From NCBI GenBank assembly GCA_964016885.1, contig OZ024750.1, positions 17,732,001 to 17,796,000 on the forward strand: DNA of 64,000 nucleotides, written 5' to 3'. The position numbers and the translations under genes were made by a program. The notes beneath the pieces were generated by a model. The model searched no databases. It was given only the letters and a program-made list of their open reading frames with translations, and was not told the origin of the DNA. This document shows, piece after piece, positions 27,066 through 40,751 of this stretch (position 1 is the first letter of the stretch; every line of letters begins with the position of its first letter). This DNA is from Eledone cirrhosa (taxonomy: Eukaryota).

Positions 27066-27870
27066 TTATTCACTTTAATCACATTCCTAGACAAAAACGG
27101 CTTATTGACACCCAGCACGGCTTTCACAGCATCATCACTGCATGTTGAAATAGTTGCTAAATCGCTCAAATGTGGATGTGATATATCTCGATTTTGCAAA
27201 AGCCTTCAATGAGGTTGTTGATAGGTTCGGCATAGTTGGAAAACTTGTTAATGGTTGCTTAATTTCTTAAGACAGAAGCCAGGCTGTCACAGCCAATAGA
27301 GCCTTCTCACAGGAACCATTAAGAGTGGAGTTCCTCAAGGAATTGTCTAGGGAGTACTGCTGTTTGTGATGGCTCTCTCAGACATGCCCTCAGTAGAACA
27401 GGCAGCCACTCTCACTAGCTATGCTGATGACGTGAAAGTAGCACAGGCAATCAACAAAATTTGGATGCCAAATACAAATGGGTCAAGGACAACAATATGA
27501 TGGAAAATTGCAAGCCCCCTGTTTTCCACTCACTAACATCACTAACAAATAGACAACAAAAATAGTTTGGATCAAGAGGGACTGAAATCCCTATGTCAAA
27601 ATTAGTGTGAGACCCGAAAGAATTAAAACTCTCTTCTCCAGAGCAAAGTTAGGAGAGATGCAGTGATTCACATATAGAAGATTCTGGAAGGACTAGCACC
27701 AAACTTTGGCATTGAGAGCTGGACTAACACCCAAACAGGACACCTTTTGTAATACTAAAGACCCAATCCTTCACATCTACAGTAATGACCAGATACCATA
27801 ATAACTTGAGCTTCAACAACCTCCAGCTCTTTAATATGCTGCCAAGAAATCTGAGAGATAAAATAAGGGC
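27066..27870 (+). pseudogene. Decayed CR1-clade LINE reverse-transcriptase fragment
   Basis: Translates to QHGF, NVDVIYLDFAKAF, SGVPQG and SYADDVK (TAT at 27420), with stops and frameshifts. Confidence 0.85.
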
Positions 27871-29974
27871 AGTAGTGTCAAACTCCCTCATGCATTGATG
27901 GTTGTAGACTATGTAGCAACATTAGTGGTGCCCCAGCATGGCCATAGCCTGTTAGTTTGATCAGATAAAATGTAAAAGATATGTATATACATGTGAGTGT
28001 GTGATTTTTTTTTTCATCTTCATATCCTTAATTGCTACGATCTACATTTATCTGCAATTTGATGAGTTAATGAGAAAGCCTCTACGTGGATATACAACCT
28101 GCTAGAAATATCTCTCTCAAACCTCATCTTATCTTTAAAAAAGGACACATTTGATAATGTAGGCAGGAGTTAAGTAGTGTTGAAAAAAAAATGGAATGGC
28201 TTTACTATCCATGGTGGTTTTATCTTTATAATTCCGAGCACTTTTCATGGTTGTCCACTCATTTCTTTACATTCCCCATAGTTTATTGTTTTGATACTAA
28301 GACCTCCACTGCTCTCAGTCATATGACTGCCATTTTCAGCTGCCACATAAATAGGACTAAGACACACCTCAGGAAAGAGCCCACAAGGAGGAATAGCTGA
28401 TGTAGTGGCTGATTTTAGCAGCAATGTTTTCATTATCTTGTCTGTGGTGTGCAGTTGAGATATACCATCCAGCTAAGTTTATAGAGTTTCTCCCTTCCAT
28501 CACCTTCTTTTATTCTTTCTCCTTTTGTCATGATTTTGTTAACATATTTTGAAAATCTGAAATAAATTTAAAGTTTTATTAATAATAATAAGTTTATTAA
28601 TTATTTAACTCCTGACTACTCCATTCTTTTCTCAGTTCAGCTAGTTCATTTCATTTCTTCTCCTCCTCCCTCCCATATTGTTTGTGTATGTGTGTCAGTG
28701 TTATGTAGATATGACCTTTTGTCCATCAATTCCTTTGTCCTGCTTGCTCTCTTATCTCCACCACTGACTTCCCCCCTCTGTCTCCATATCAACCTCTCCA
28801 TACCACTTCTTTGACTGATGTTTCTAGCAGGGTGAGTAACCACATAGAGGCTCTTCTCATTGACATGCTTTTACATTTTTGTTATTTTTTTATATATTCT
28901 TTTTTAACATTACTTAATCAGAAGAAGGAGAGTGGCACCCGTGACCCTGTTCATGGATTCCAAGACTGGTGAGAGGAAAGGAATTCAAATGCTTGCAACA
29001 GAGGGGACTCTGCTATATGCACCTAGAGATCAGCTGTAGATGTTAAACTTGGTGCTAAGCTGGGCACTGGATTAAGTCTACCACCTAAGGATCAGGGGAT
29101 GGTGTTAAGCTGGGCACTGAATTAAGTCTACCACTCTGTAAACACCACCACCTGACCTTTGGGTGCCTTTTGTAGTGTCAACTCCATTGCATGCATTTGT
29201 GTCAGGTATCTGTTTTGATGATTCCTTCTTCCATCCCACCAATTTCAAAAGCCCTATAAAGGGCCATTGGCACTGCTCTTCAATCTGACTAAGCAATAAA
29301 AATGCTGTAGTTTTTTTAATTTTAATTTTAAATGTCTTCAATAGAATATATAAATCCAGCAGAAACTGCAAGCATTTTGAGGCCATTTTCACCAGTTAAA
29401 TCAGGGTTAACCTTGCATGTTCTATGAAACACTTACTACTCATGTAGTCCTTTTTGAAGGAATGTTTTTCAACCAGACGCCTTTTTCGTCATCTCTTATG
29501 ACACACAGAGATAGTGTACCAACACACAAAGTGTCAATAAATTATCTTTACAATTTGAAAAAATCAGAAAAAAAAATGAAGATATCTCTTCAGAGTTTAT
29601 TGGAAGATAGTAAAAACATATGAAAACATTGTGAGCTCCATTGGTTGTATGCAACACATCTAGATGATGCTCAATTTCTGACTATGAGAGTTAGAACATC
29701 AATGGTGAAAGTTGTAAAGATAATTTATAGACACCCTGTACCTATTTTAAACTGGATACAGAGTACCTATTCTAACCCAGAAACACAGGAATACAGTGTA
29801 CCCCAGATACTCACATGGATACAGATTACCTATTCTATACCAGAAACAGGAATACAGTGTACCTCAGATACTCACATGGATACAGTGTACCTATTCTAAA
29901 CCTGCGACACACAACATAATATCATCATCATCATCGTTTAACATCTATCTTCCACGCTAGCATGGGTTTAGAAT

Positions 29975-30022
<48 letters not shown>

Positions 30023-30049
30023 TGATATTTTCTATTTTTTCTTCTGCAG

Positions 30050-30244
30050 AAATTTATCCATGATCCTTACACAACTACTTTGGGAGGTTTTTCTAAAGTT
30101 ACCAGTTTCTTCAGAGAGACAATTTTACAGCCGGCTCATATGAACTCTCGTCCTCTCGATGAAATGGCTGTAATATTTAATGATGACTTCGCTGGTATGG
30201 AGATAAACCAACAGGATGAACCAGGCTTTGAAGTCATCACAAAG
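30050..30244 (+). CDS. TBC1D15: TBC1D15 exon 6 (KFIHDPYTTTLGGFSKVT...EPGFEVITK), with a Fis1-binding-like segment and LIR-like FEVI
   Basis: ctgcag acceptor, AAG|gtaggg donor, 195 nt. Confidence 0.93.
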
Positions 30245-30280
30245 GTAGGGTGTTTTTGTTTATGTCTACCTAGGGTTATG

Positions 30281-30318
<38 letters not shown>

Positions 30319-31999
30319 ACATTTTGTTGTCCTCATGAAAGAATTGTTTAAGACTTTTTTCATTTAATTCTTAATTTTAGTATCCGAAAAAGTTTCTATC
30401 GAATAAGTTGGTAAGTAGTGTTTTGAGAATTGCTAGTTTGACTTTAGTTCCAAAGATTAGTGTCTGGGACAGGGGTGGAGAGAGGTGGGGGTATTTGTAT
30501 TTCAGTTTATATTATATTGCTATTTGTGAAAAGTAGTGTTGATGGATATATCAAATAAGTATAGCTAAATGTTGCCAAACATTTTGTTTGGTATTCAAAT
30601 GATTCTGCCAATCCACCACACTTGTGTGGTGTAATATTATTGGCACTGTTGTATTACTGTAACCTCTCTTGTGCTTATTTCTAATTAGTTCCATTAGGTA
30701 ATTTCTTGGGCTTTATTTTTTTCCTTACATATTTTGGGGAAGGGAAATTTCCTGAAGTCAAGTTTATTAGGAGTTCACATCTAAAGCATGTAGTTCTTGG
30801 TTTGGTTCCAATGTGTTGCACCTTGGACATCTGCTATAGCCTCAGGCCAACCAATGCCTTGTGAGTGAATTTTGTAGAAAGGAATTCTGTGAAAGCCCAT
30901 CATGTGTGTGTTTGTGTACCTCCTCACCTCTGAAACACTGTTCAATGAATCAATCTCTACTATACTGAAAAGTATGGGTTGTCATCAGGAAGGGCAGCAT
31001 CTGGCCATAGAAATTTGCCATGGTTAAAGCAAACAGTAGTAATTATTCAGAGAATAAGATAATTCTTAGAAAAATATAGGAAGGAAATTATTAAAAATGA
31101 ATTTACTACCTAGTAGGGTGGGGATACATTTTGTAAGGTTATGAAATTACTCTGTCTCTAACCAAGACTTTAACCCTTTTAGTATCTTCCCACCTGAAAT
31201 TACCCTGAATTTATGATACACAACTGTTCATTTTAAAATGTTTAACCTTTTATTAAAACTTTCCATCATAATTTTATTTTAGAAATGTTTAAGTAATATT
31301 CTAAATATCAAATTTTTGATTATTTTAAAGATTAAGTGAAACACATAGGCAGTGTATTTCATTAAAAATATGGTATTAAAGACAGGTAGTGTATTTCATT
31401 AGAAATATGGTAATGAAAGGGTTAAAGACATAGACAGTGTTTTTCATTAGAGATATGGCAATGAAAGGGTTAAACCAAGAGAATGTAGGTTTACTATTGT
31501 ATTATAGAATATCACTAAGTCAACATTTTGTCACAGATCTATGGATGTGTGGCTAGATCCCGCTCTCACCCCACATTTTTTGGCATGTTACCCCTACACT
31601 TGCATTTAGAAAACATAGGATCTCAGTTTAAGATGGTACAAAATTTTATGGGAACATGTTTTGTGTTGTGTTGTAAGGTCTGTATAGATTCTCTTGCTGC
31701 TATTACCATCACCATCATCATCAGTTTTATGTATGTTTCTCCCTTACCTACATGTGTTGGACAAGACATTTTGAGGCAGAATTCTTCAACTGGACTTCAT
31801 CCCCCTTTTCCTGATTTCAACTCTTGCTTGTGTGTGTTTTTTTTATTTCTTTAGTAAGGTATCGATCTTTACTAGTTTAACCACTGAACAACGTTACCTC
31901 TGTTTATGTGGTACTGTAGGGCTTAACAAATATCACTACCTGTATCATTGATACAGAATGCAAGGGGAGGAGAAAAAGACATGCATACGTACACACACA

Positions 32000-32036
<37 letters not shown>

Positions 32037-32050
32037 ACACACACACACAC

Positions 32051-32234
32051 ACAACATTTAATATAGAAATGGCTTCTACAGGGCTAGAACTGTTTCATTT
32101 GAAGGAAATTATCAGGAAAGCCCTTCGAATGAAACAGTTCTAGTCCTGTAGAAGCCATTTCTATATTAAATTTTGTACATACTCTACTAATATATTGAGT
32201 ACCTTACATACTGTGATTACCCCCAATTGAACTC
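32051..32234. mobile_element. Same repeat family in an inverted-duplicated arrangement: 50-bp arm hairpin, hammerhead-like core on the minus strand at 32071-32122
   Basis: Arms 32056-32105 and 32122-32171 are reverse-complementary with 2 differences. The minus strand reads ggctttc-CTGATAA-..-GAAA-cag ttctagcc ctg-TA-gaagcc. Confidence 0.65.
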
Positions 32235-33686
32235 TGGACTCTCTCACACACACACACATATATACATGTACACATACAGACACATATATATATATATATA
32301 TAGATGTCATGCAGTTTCCATCGACCAAATTCTCTCGAGACCTTCATCAGTCCAAGGTTATATTAAATGACACTTGTCCAAGGTGTCATAGAGTTGGATA
32401 AGACCCAAGAACACATCACTATAAAGAAGACTTCTTATCCACCAGCACAGTCATGTCTGTATCTACTGTTCTTTTTTTTTTTAAATATCCATTAACCTCT
32501 CCTTGCTAGGTAGCTATAAACTTATATAACCAATATTATGTGTCTACATTAGGTACACAAACATTTACTGTCACAGAACCCTTATACAATATTCCCAAAC
32601 CCCACAGAATCTCTATATATATTTTACAGATAATCTGCACCTCTGATTTTAATAAGAAATGAAGCAAAAAAAAAAAACCCAAGAATTTTCATTAGATTTC
32701 ATTTAAAAAAAAACCTTATTTTGTGGAACCCAACAATGTTTTCATAGGACCCTGAGACACCTGAAAACCATCATAGGGAAACGGCTATAAAGTACAGATT
32801 TTTTTGTTAATACTGGGTGTGTCCAGTTTAGAATAGGTACACTGTATCCCTATGTGTATCTGGTTTAGAATAGGTACTTACTATTCCTGTGTGTATATCC
32901 AGTTTAGAATAGGTATACTGTATCCCTGCATGTCTTAAGAGGTGACTAAATGGGTTGGTATCAGGAAGGACATATAGCCATAAATCCTTGCCTCAGAAAA
33001 GACCCCATAATATGTAGGAATTTTATTGGGGCCTCTAACGCTAACCACTGCTTTAGTGAGAAAGATTCCTTTAAAGTTCCTGTGGTTATGTAACCTATAT
33101 CTACCTTGTTACCCTTGTGTAACTTTAAAGATCTCTGAGTTACAATGTACAAATAGTTTGACATATTTGGAGTTTTTATTCAAAGATCTCTGCCTTACAA
33201 TGATCTCAGAGTTTCATATATTAGGGATTTTTTCTTATCCTCATCATCACCATTGTCATTATATTCCTGTGTTCCATGTTAGTATGTGTTAGATGTTACT
33301 GCCCTGATAGACTGGTCAGTGTGCCACATCTTAACTTAGGTTTCATTTTTTTGGTATGGTTTCTACAACCAAATGTCCTTCCTAACAGCACCCACTCAGC
33401 AGTAGAACCCATGCCAGAAAAAATGAAATGTATGAGTATTTAATGAAATAAGTACCAAGGATGACAAAATCCTATGTTAACCCAGAGGCAGCAAATTGGT
33501 AGTCATTAAATCCCACTGAAGTTAACTTTGCCTTTCATCCTTTTGAGTTCTGTAAAAAATAAAGTACCAGTCCAGGACTGGGGTTGATTTTTCCTCTATC
33601 TTTTTTTCCCTTCCTCACTTCTCTATAAGAAATCTCTCCAGGTTTGAACACTAACCTGGAGAGGTGATGGGCTCTGCCAGGTTTAA

Positions 33687-33894
33687 CCCTTTAGCATTTA
33701 CATTACTCTATATTTACTATTGTATTTTCACGGTAAAGGCTTTACCCTACATAATTATCTCATATAATATTGAATCTATTAGATTTTTGATATTATTTAT
33801 TTTGAGAACAGTATAAGCGGCCGGTTACAGCCAGTTTGAACAGAAAGAGTTGAGAGAATTTTGGCTGGATATGGCCGGTTGAAATGCTAAAGGG
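33687..33894 (-). mobile_element. piggyBac-type MITE, family A, inserted into a SINE
   Basis: TTAA flanks, TIRs, reverse orientation. Confidence 0.85.
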
Positions 33895-34089
33895 TTAAAA
33901 TATGCCAAAGTATGTCATTGTGGCACTTGGTCAACACCATCTCTAGTTACATGTTTTTGTAAATATCTGTAAATGTTCAATATATAAATGTTTTGTTTTG
34001 TTTTCCCTTTAAGTATTAAATTTGAATATTTTGCATTTTGAATATTGTTTATTAATATTGTGTGCATGACACTGGTTTTTGTCTGCATG

Positions 34090-34145
34090 TATCATATATA
34101 GCATATGTGTATATATATATTATATATATTATATATATATGTGTG

Positions 34146-34220
<75 letters not shown>

Positions 34221-36458
34221 ATGTATGTATGTATGTATGTATGTGTATGTATGTAGGTATATATATTTATGTGTATATATATATATATGTGTGTATATAT
34301 GTATGTATATATGTGTATATGTATGTATGTATGTATATATATATATATGTGTGTGTATATATGTGTATATGTATGTATGTATGTATATATATGTGCTTAT
34401 ATATGTATGTATATAATGTGTATATATATGTATGTATGTATATAATGTGCATATATATGTATGTATATAATGTGCATATATATGTATGTATATAATGTGC
34501 ATATATATGTATGTATATAATGTGCATATATATGTATGTATATAATGTGCATATATATGTATGTATGTATATATATGTGCATATATATGTATGTATGTAT
34601 ATATATGTGTATATATATGTAGATATATGTGTATATATATGTAGATATATGTGTATATATATGTAGATATATGTGTATATATATGTGTGTAGATATATGT
34701 GTATATATATATGTGTATATATATATGTGTATATATGTATGTGTATATATGTATATGTATATATATATGTGTATATATGTATATGTATATATATATGTGT
34801 ATATATGTATATGTATATATATATGTGTATATATGTATATGTATATATATATGTGTATATATGTATATGTATATATATATGTGTATATATGTATATGTAT
34901 ATATATATGTGTATATATGTATATGTATATATATATGTGTATATATGTATATGTGTATATATGTATATGTATATATGTATATGTATATATGTGTATATAT
35001 GTATATGTATATATATATATGTGTATATATATGTATATGTGTATATATATGTATATATATATGTGTATATGTGTATATATGTATATATATATATATGTAT
35101 ATATATATGTGTATATATATGTATATATGTATATATATATATGTGTATGTATATGTATATATATGTGTATGTATATGTATATATATGTGTATATATATGT
35201 ATATATATGTGTATATATATGTATATATATATGTGTATATATGTATATGTATATATATATGTGTATATATGTATATGTATATATATATGTGTATATATAT
35301 ATATGTATATATATATGTGTATATATATGTATATATATATGTATGTATATATATGTGTGTGTATATATATGTATATATATATATATATGTGTATATGTGT
35401 GTGTATATATATGTATATATATATATGTGTATGTATATGTGTGTGTATATATATGTATATATATATATGTGTATATATATGTGTGTGTATATATATGTGT
35501 ATATATATGTATATATATATATATATATATGTGTGTGTATATATATATATATGTGTATATATATGTATATATATATATATATATATGTGTGTGTATATAT
35601 ATATGTGTGTATATTTATGTATATATATGTGTGTGTATATTTGTGTATGTGTGTGTGTATATGTGTATATATATTTGTATATATATGTGTATATATATAT
35701 ATATGTGTATATATATATATGTGTGTATATATATATATATGTATATATATGTATATATATATGTGTATATATGTGTATATATATGTGTATATATGTATAT
35801 ATGTGTGTATATATATATGTATATGTGTGTATATATGTATATGTGTGTATATATGTATATGTGTGTATATATATATATGTATATATATATGTGTATATAT
35901 ATGTGTATATATATGTATATATGTATGTGTATATATATGTATATATGTGTATATATATATATGTGTATATATATATGTGTATATATATATATGTATATAT
36001 GTGTATATATATATGTGTGTATATATATATATGTGTGTGTATATATATATGTGTATATATATATATGTATATATATGTGTATATATGTATATATATGTAT
36101 ATGTATATATATGTGTATATATATATATATGTGTATATATGTATATGTATATATATATGTGTATATATGTATATGTATATATATGTGTATATATGTATAT
36201 GTATATATATGTGTATATATGTATATATATATATGTGTATATATGTATGTATATATATGTGTATATATATATATGTATATATATGTGTATATATATATAT
36301 GTATATATATGTGTATATATATATATGTATATATATGTGTATATATATATGTATATATATGTGTATATATATATATGTATATATATATATGTATATATAT
36401 ATGTGTATATATATATATGTATATATATGTGTATATATGTGTATATATGTATATATAT

Positions 36459-36490
<32 letters not shown>

Positions 36491-36504
36491 GTATATGTAT
36501 ATAT

Positions 36505-36560
<56 letters not shown>

Positions 36561-36905
36561 GTATATATATGTATATATATGTATATGTATATATATGTGT
36601 ATATATATATGTATATATATGTGTATATATGTATATATATGTATATGTGTATATATATATATGTATATATATGTGTATATATATATATGTATATATATGT
36701 GTATATATATATATATATATGTGTATGTATATATATGTGTATATATATATATGTATGTATATATATATGTATGTATATATATATATATGTGTATATATAT
36801 ATATGTGTATATATGTGTATATATATATATGTATATATATATGTATATATATGTATATATATGTATATGTATATATATGTATATATATATATGTATATGT
36901 ATATG

Positions 36906-36938
<33 letters not shown>

Positions 36939-37160
36939 GTATATATATATGTATATATGTATATATATATGTATATATGTATATATGTATATATATATGT
37001 ATATATGTATATATGTATATATGTATATATATATATATGTATATATGTATATATATATATATATGTATATATGTATATATATATATATATGTATATATGT
37101 ATATATATATATATATGTATATATGTATATATATATGTATATATGTATATATATATGTAT

Positions 37161-37194
<34 letters not shown>

Positions 37195-37245
37195 GTATAT
37201 ATATGTATATATATATGTATATGTATATATGTATATATATATATG

Positions 37246-37276
<31 letters not shown>

Positions 37277-37289
37277 GTATATATATATG

Positions 37290-37320
<31 letters not shown>

Positions 37321-37417
37321 GTATATATATATATATGTATATATATGTATGTATATATATATATGTATATATATATATATGTATATATATGTATATATAT
37401 ATATATATGTATATATG

Positions 37418-37450
<33 letters not shown>

Positions 37451-37459
37451 GTATATATG

Positions 37460-37508
<49 letters not shown>

Positions 37509-37549
37509 GTATATATATATGTATATATATATATATATGTATATATATG

Positions 37550-37582
<33 letters not shown>

Positions 37583-37593
37583 GTATATATATG

Positions 37594-37626
<33 letters not shown>

Positions 37627-37857
37627 GTATATATATATGTATATATATATGTATATATATATGTATATATATATGTATATATATATGTATATATATATGT
37701 ATATATATATATGTATATATATATATGTATATATATATATATGTATATATATATGTATATATATGTATATATATATGTATATATATATGTATATATGTAT
37801 ATATATATATATATGTATATATATATGTATATATATATGTATATGTATATATATATG

Positions 37858-37890
<33 letters not shown>

Positions 37891-38461
37891 GTATATATAT
37901 ATGTATATATATATATGTATATATATATATGTATATATATATGTATATATATATATGTATATATATATGTATATATATATATGTATATATATATGTATAT
38001 ATATGTATATATATATATGTGTATATGTATGTATATGTGTATATATATATGTATATGTGTATATATATGTGTATATATATGTGTGTATATGTATATATAT
38101 GTGTATATATATATGTATATATATATATATGTGTGTATATATATATGTATATATATATATATATGTGTATATATATATGTATATATATGTGTATATATAT
38201 ATGTATATATGTATATGTGTATATATATGTATATGTGTATATATATGTATATGTGTATATATATGTATATGTGTATATATATGTATATGTGTATGTATAT
38301 GTGTATATATATGTATATGTGTATATATATGTATATGTGTATATATATGTATATGTGTGTATATATGTATGTGTATATATATGTATATGTGTATATATAT
38401 GTATGTGTATATATATGTATATATATATATATATATGTATATATATGTATATATATATATG

Positions 38462-38492
<31 letters not shown>

Positions 38493-38724
38493 GTGTGTAT
38501 ATATATGTGTGTGTATATATATATGTATATATATATATATATATGTGTGTATATATATATGTGTGTATATATATATATATGTGTATATATATATATATAT
38601 ATGTGTATATATATGTATATGTATATATATATATGTGTGTATATATATATATATATGTGTATATATATATGTGTGTATATATATATGTGTGTATATATAT
38701 ATGTGTGTATATATGTATATGTGT

Positions 38725-38758
<34 letters not shown>

Positions 38759-39380
38759 GTGTGTATATATATAGGTGTGTATATATATAGGTGTATATAT
38801 ATATATGGGTGTATGTATATGTATATATATGTGTATATATATGTATATATATATATATATATATAGGTGTATATATATGTATATATATGTGTATATAGAT
38901 GTATATATATGTGTATATATATGTAGGTGTATATGTATGTATATATATGTGTATATATATATATGTGTATATGTGTGTGTATATGTGTGTATATATATGT
39001 GTATATATATGTGTATATATATGTATATATATATATGTGTATATATATGTATATATATATATGTATATATATATGTATATATATATGTGTATATATATGT
39101 ATATATATATGTGTATATATATGTATATATATATGTGTATATATATGTGTATATATATGTGTATATATATGTGTATATATATGTGTATATATATGTGTAT
39201 ATATATGTATATATATATATGTGTATATATATGTATATATATGTGTGTGTGTATATATATGTATATATATATATGTGTATATATATGTATATATATATGT
39301 GTATATATATGTGTATATATATGTATATATATATATATGTGTATATATATGTATATATATATATGTGTATATATATATAC

Positions 39381-39413
<33 letters not shown>

Positions 39414-39417
39414 TATA
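34090..39417. repeat. About 5.3 kb of degenerate (TA)n/(TG) microsatellite
   Basis: Nearly uninterrupted purine-pyrimidine alternation. Confidence 0.97.
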
Positions 39418-39513
39418 ATATAATCGCATGCAGAGCTATATGTAATGCCTCTTTTACCCACACATTATTCCTACATGCACACAACCCTTACAGACAGCTA
39501 TTCTACAAACATA

Positions 39514-39955
39514 CAAGCACATCTCCCCCCACACAAGCAGATCTCCCCCCCACACAAGCACATCTCCCCCCACACAAACACGTCTCCCCCCACACAAGCA
39601 CATCTCCCCCCACACAAGCAGATCTCCCCCCCACACAAGCACATCTCCCCCCACACAAACACATCTCCCCCCACACAAGCACATCTCCCCCCACACAAGC
39701 ACACCTCCCCCCACACAAGCACCCCCCCCCCCCCACACACACACAAGCACATCTCCCCCCACACAAGCACATCTCCCCCCACACAAGCACATCTCCCCCC
39801 CACACAAGCACATCTCCCCCCACACAAGCACATCTCCCCCCACACAAGCACATCTCCCCCCACACAAGCACATCTCCCCCCACACAAACACATCTCCCCC
39901 ACACAAGCACATCTCCCCCCACACAAACACATCTCCCCCCACACAAACACACCTC
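39514..39955. repeat. 20-bp C-rich minisatellite, about 22 copies
   Basis: Unit cacacaagcacatctccccc. Confidence 0.95.
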
Positions 39956-40432
39956 AATATATTTATATAAACATCTATTTAAAAAACACATTTACAATTC
40001 TACTGCCAAACCTGAATGTTTTTGTTCTTGCATGTTGCTTCCAACTCTCTCTCCCCTTCTCCGTCTCATATCCCCCTCCCCTGTTTTATTAGACACAGCC
40101 CCGTTCTTTCCTGTGCATGCTTGCATTATTTGGACTTGTGTCCCTCCCCCCTCCCCTTGTTTTTAATTTGATTTATTTTGTCCTGCATCCCTCGTAATAT
40201 CCCCCCACCCACCATGAAGGTCCATGGCTTGGTGGTTATGCTGTTCAGCTCATTATCATATATGGTCATCAGCTTGATTCCCAGCTGTGTGACATCCTTG
40301 AACAAGACACTTTACTTCATGTTGCTCCAGTTCACTCAGCTGCAAAAAAAAAAAAAGAGTTGTACCTGTAATTCAAATGGCTCTAGCACTGTCAGACACT
40401 TTAATGCTGAAATTCCCTGAGAAAGACATTAA

Positions 40433-40751
40433 CTCTTTAGCATTTACATTACTATATATATATACTGTTATATTTTTGTGGTAAAGGCTTTATCGTACAT
40501 AATTATCTCACATAATATCGAATCTATGACATTTTGTTATCATTTATTTTGAGAGCAATACCTTAACATTAGTATGAGTGGCCAGTTATGGCCAGTTTGA
40601 ACAGAAAGGGGTGAGAGAATTCTGGCCGGATATGGCCAGTTACAACCAGCTTGAACAGATGGAGGTGAGAGATTTCTGGCTGGTTACAGCCAGTTTGAAC
40701 AGAAAGAGATGAGATTTCTGGCCAGATACGACCAGTTTAAATGCTAAAGGC
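40433..40751 (-). mobile_element. piggyBac-type MITE, family A, with a triplicated ~40-bp internal unit
   Basis: Degenerate TIRs. The unit ccagtttgaacagaaag..gtgagaga..tctggc occurs three times. Confidence 0.75.

Noticed and set aside
34062-40166. Very long ORFs (up to 1789 aa) of I/Y/H/T or C/V/M, and adjacent P/H/T-rich ORFs
   Set aside because: Translation artefacts of TA/TG and C-rich tandem repeats that lack stops in several frames.
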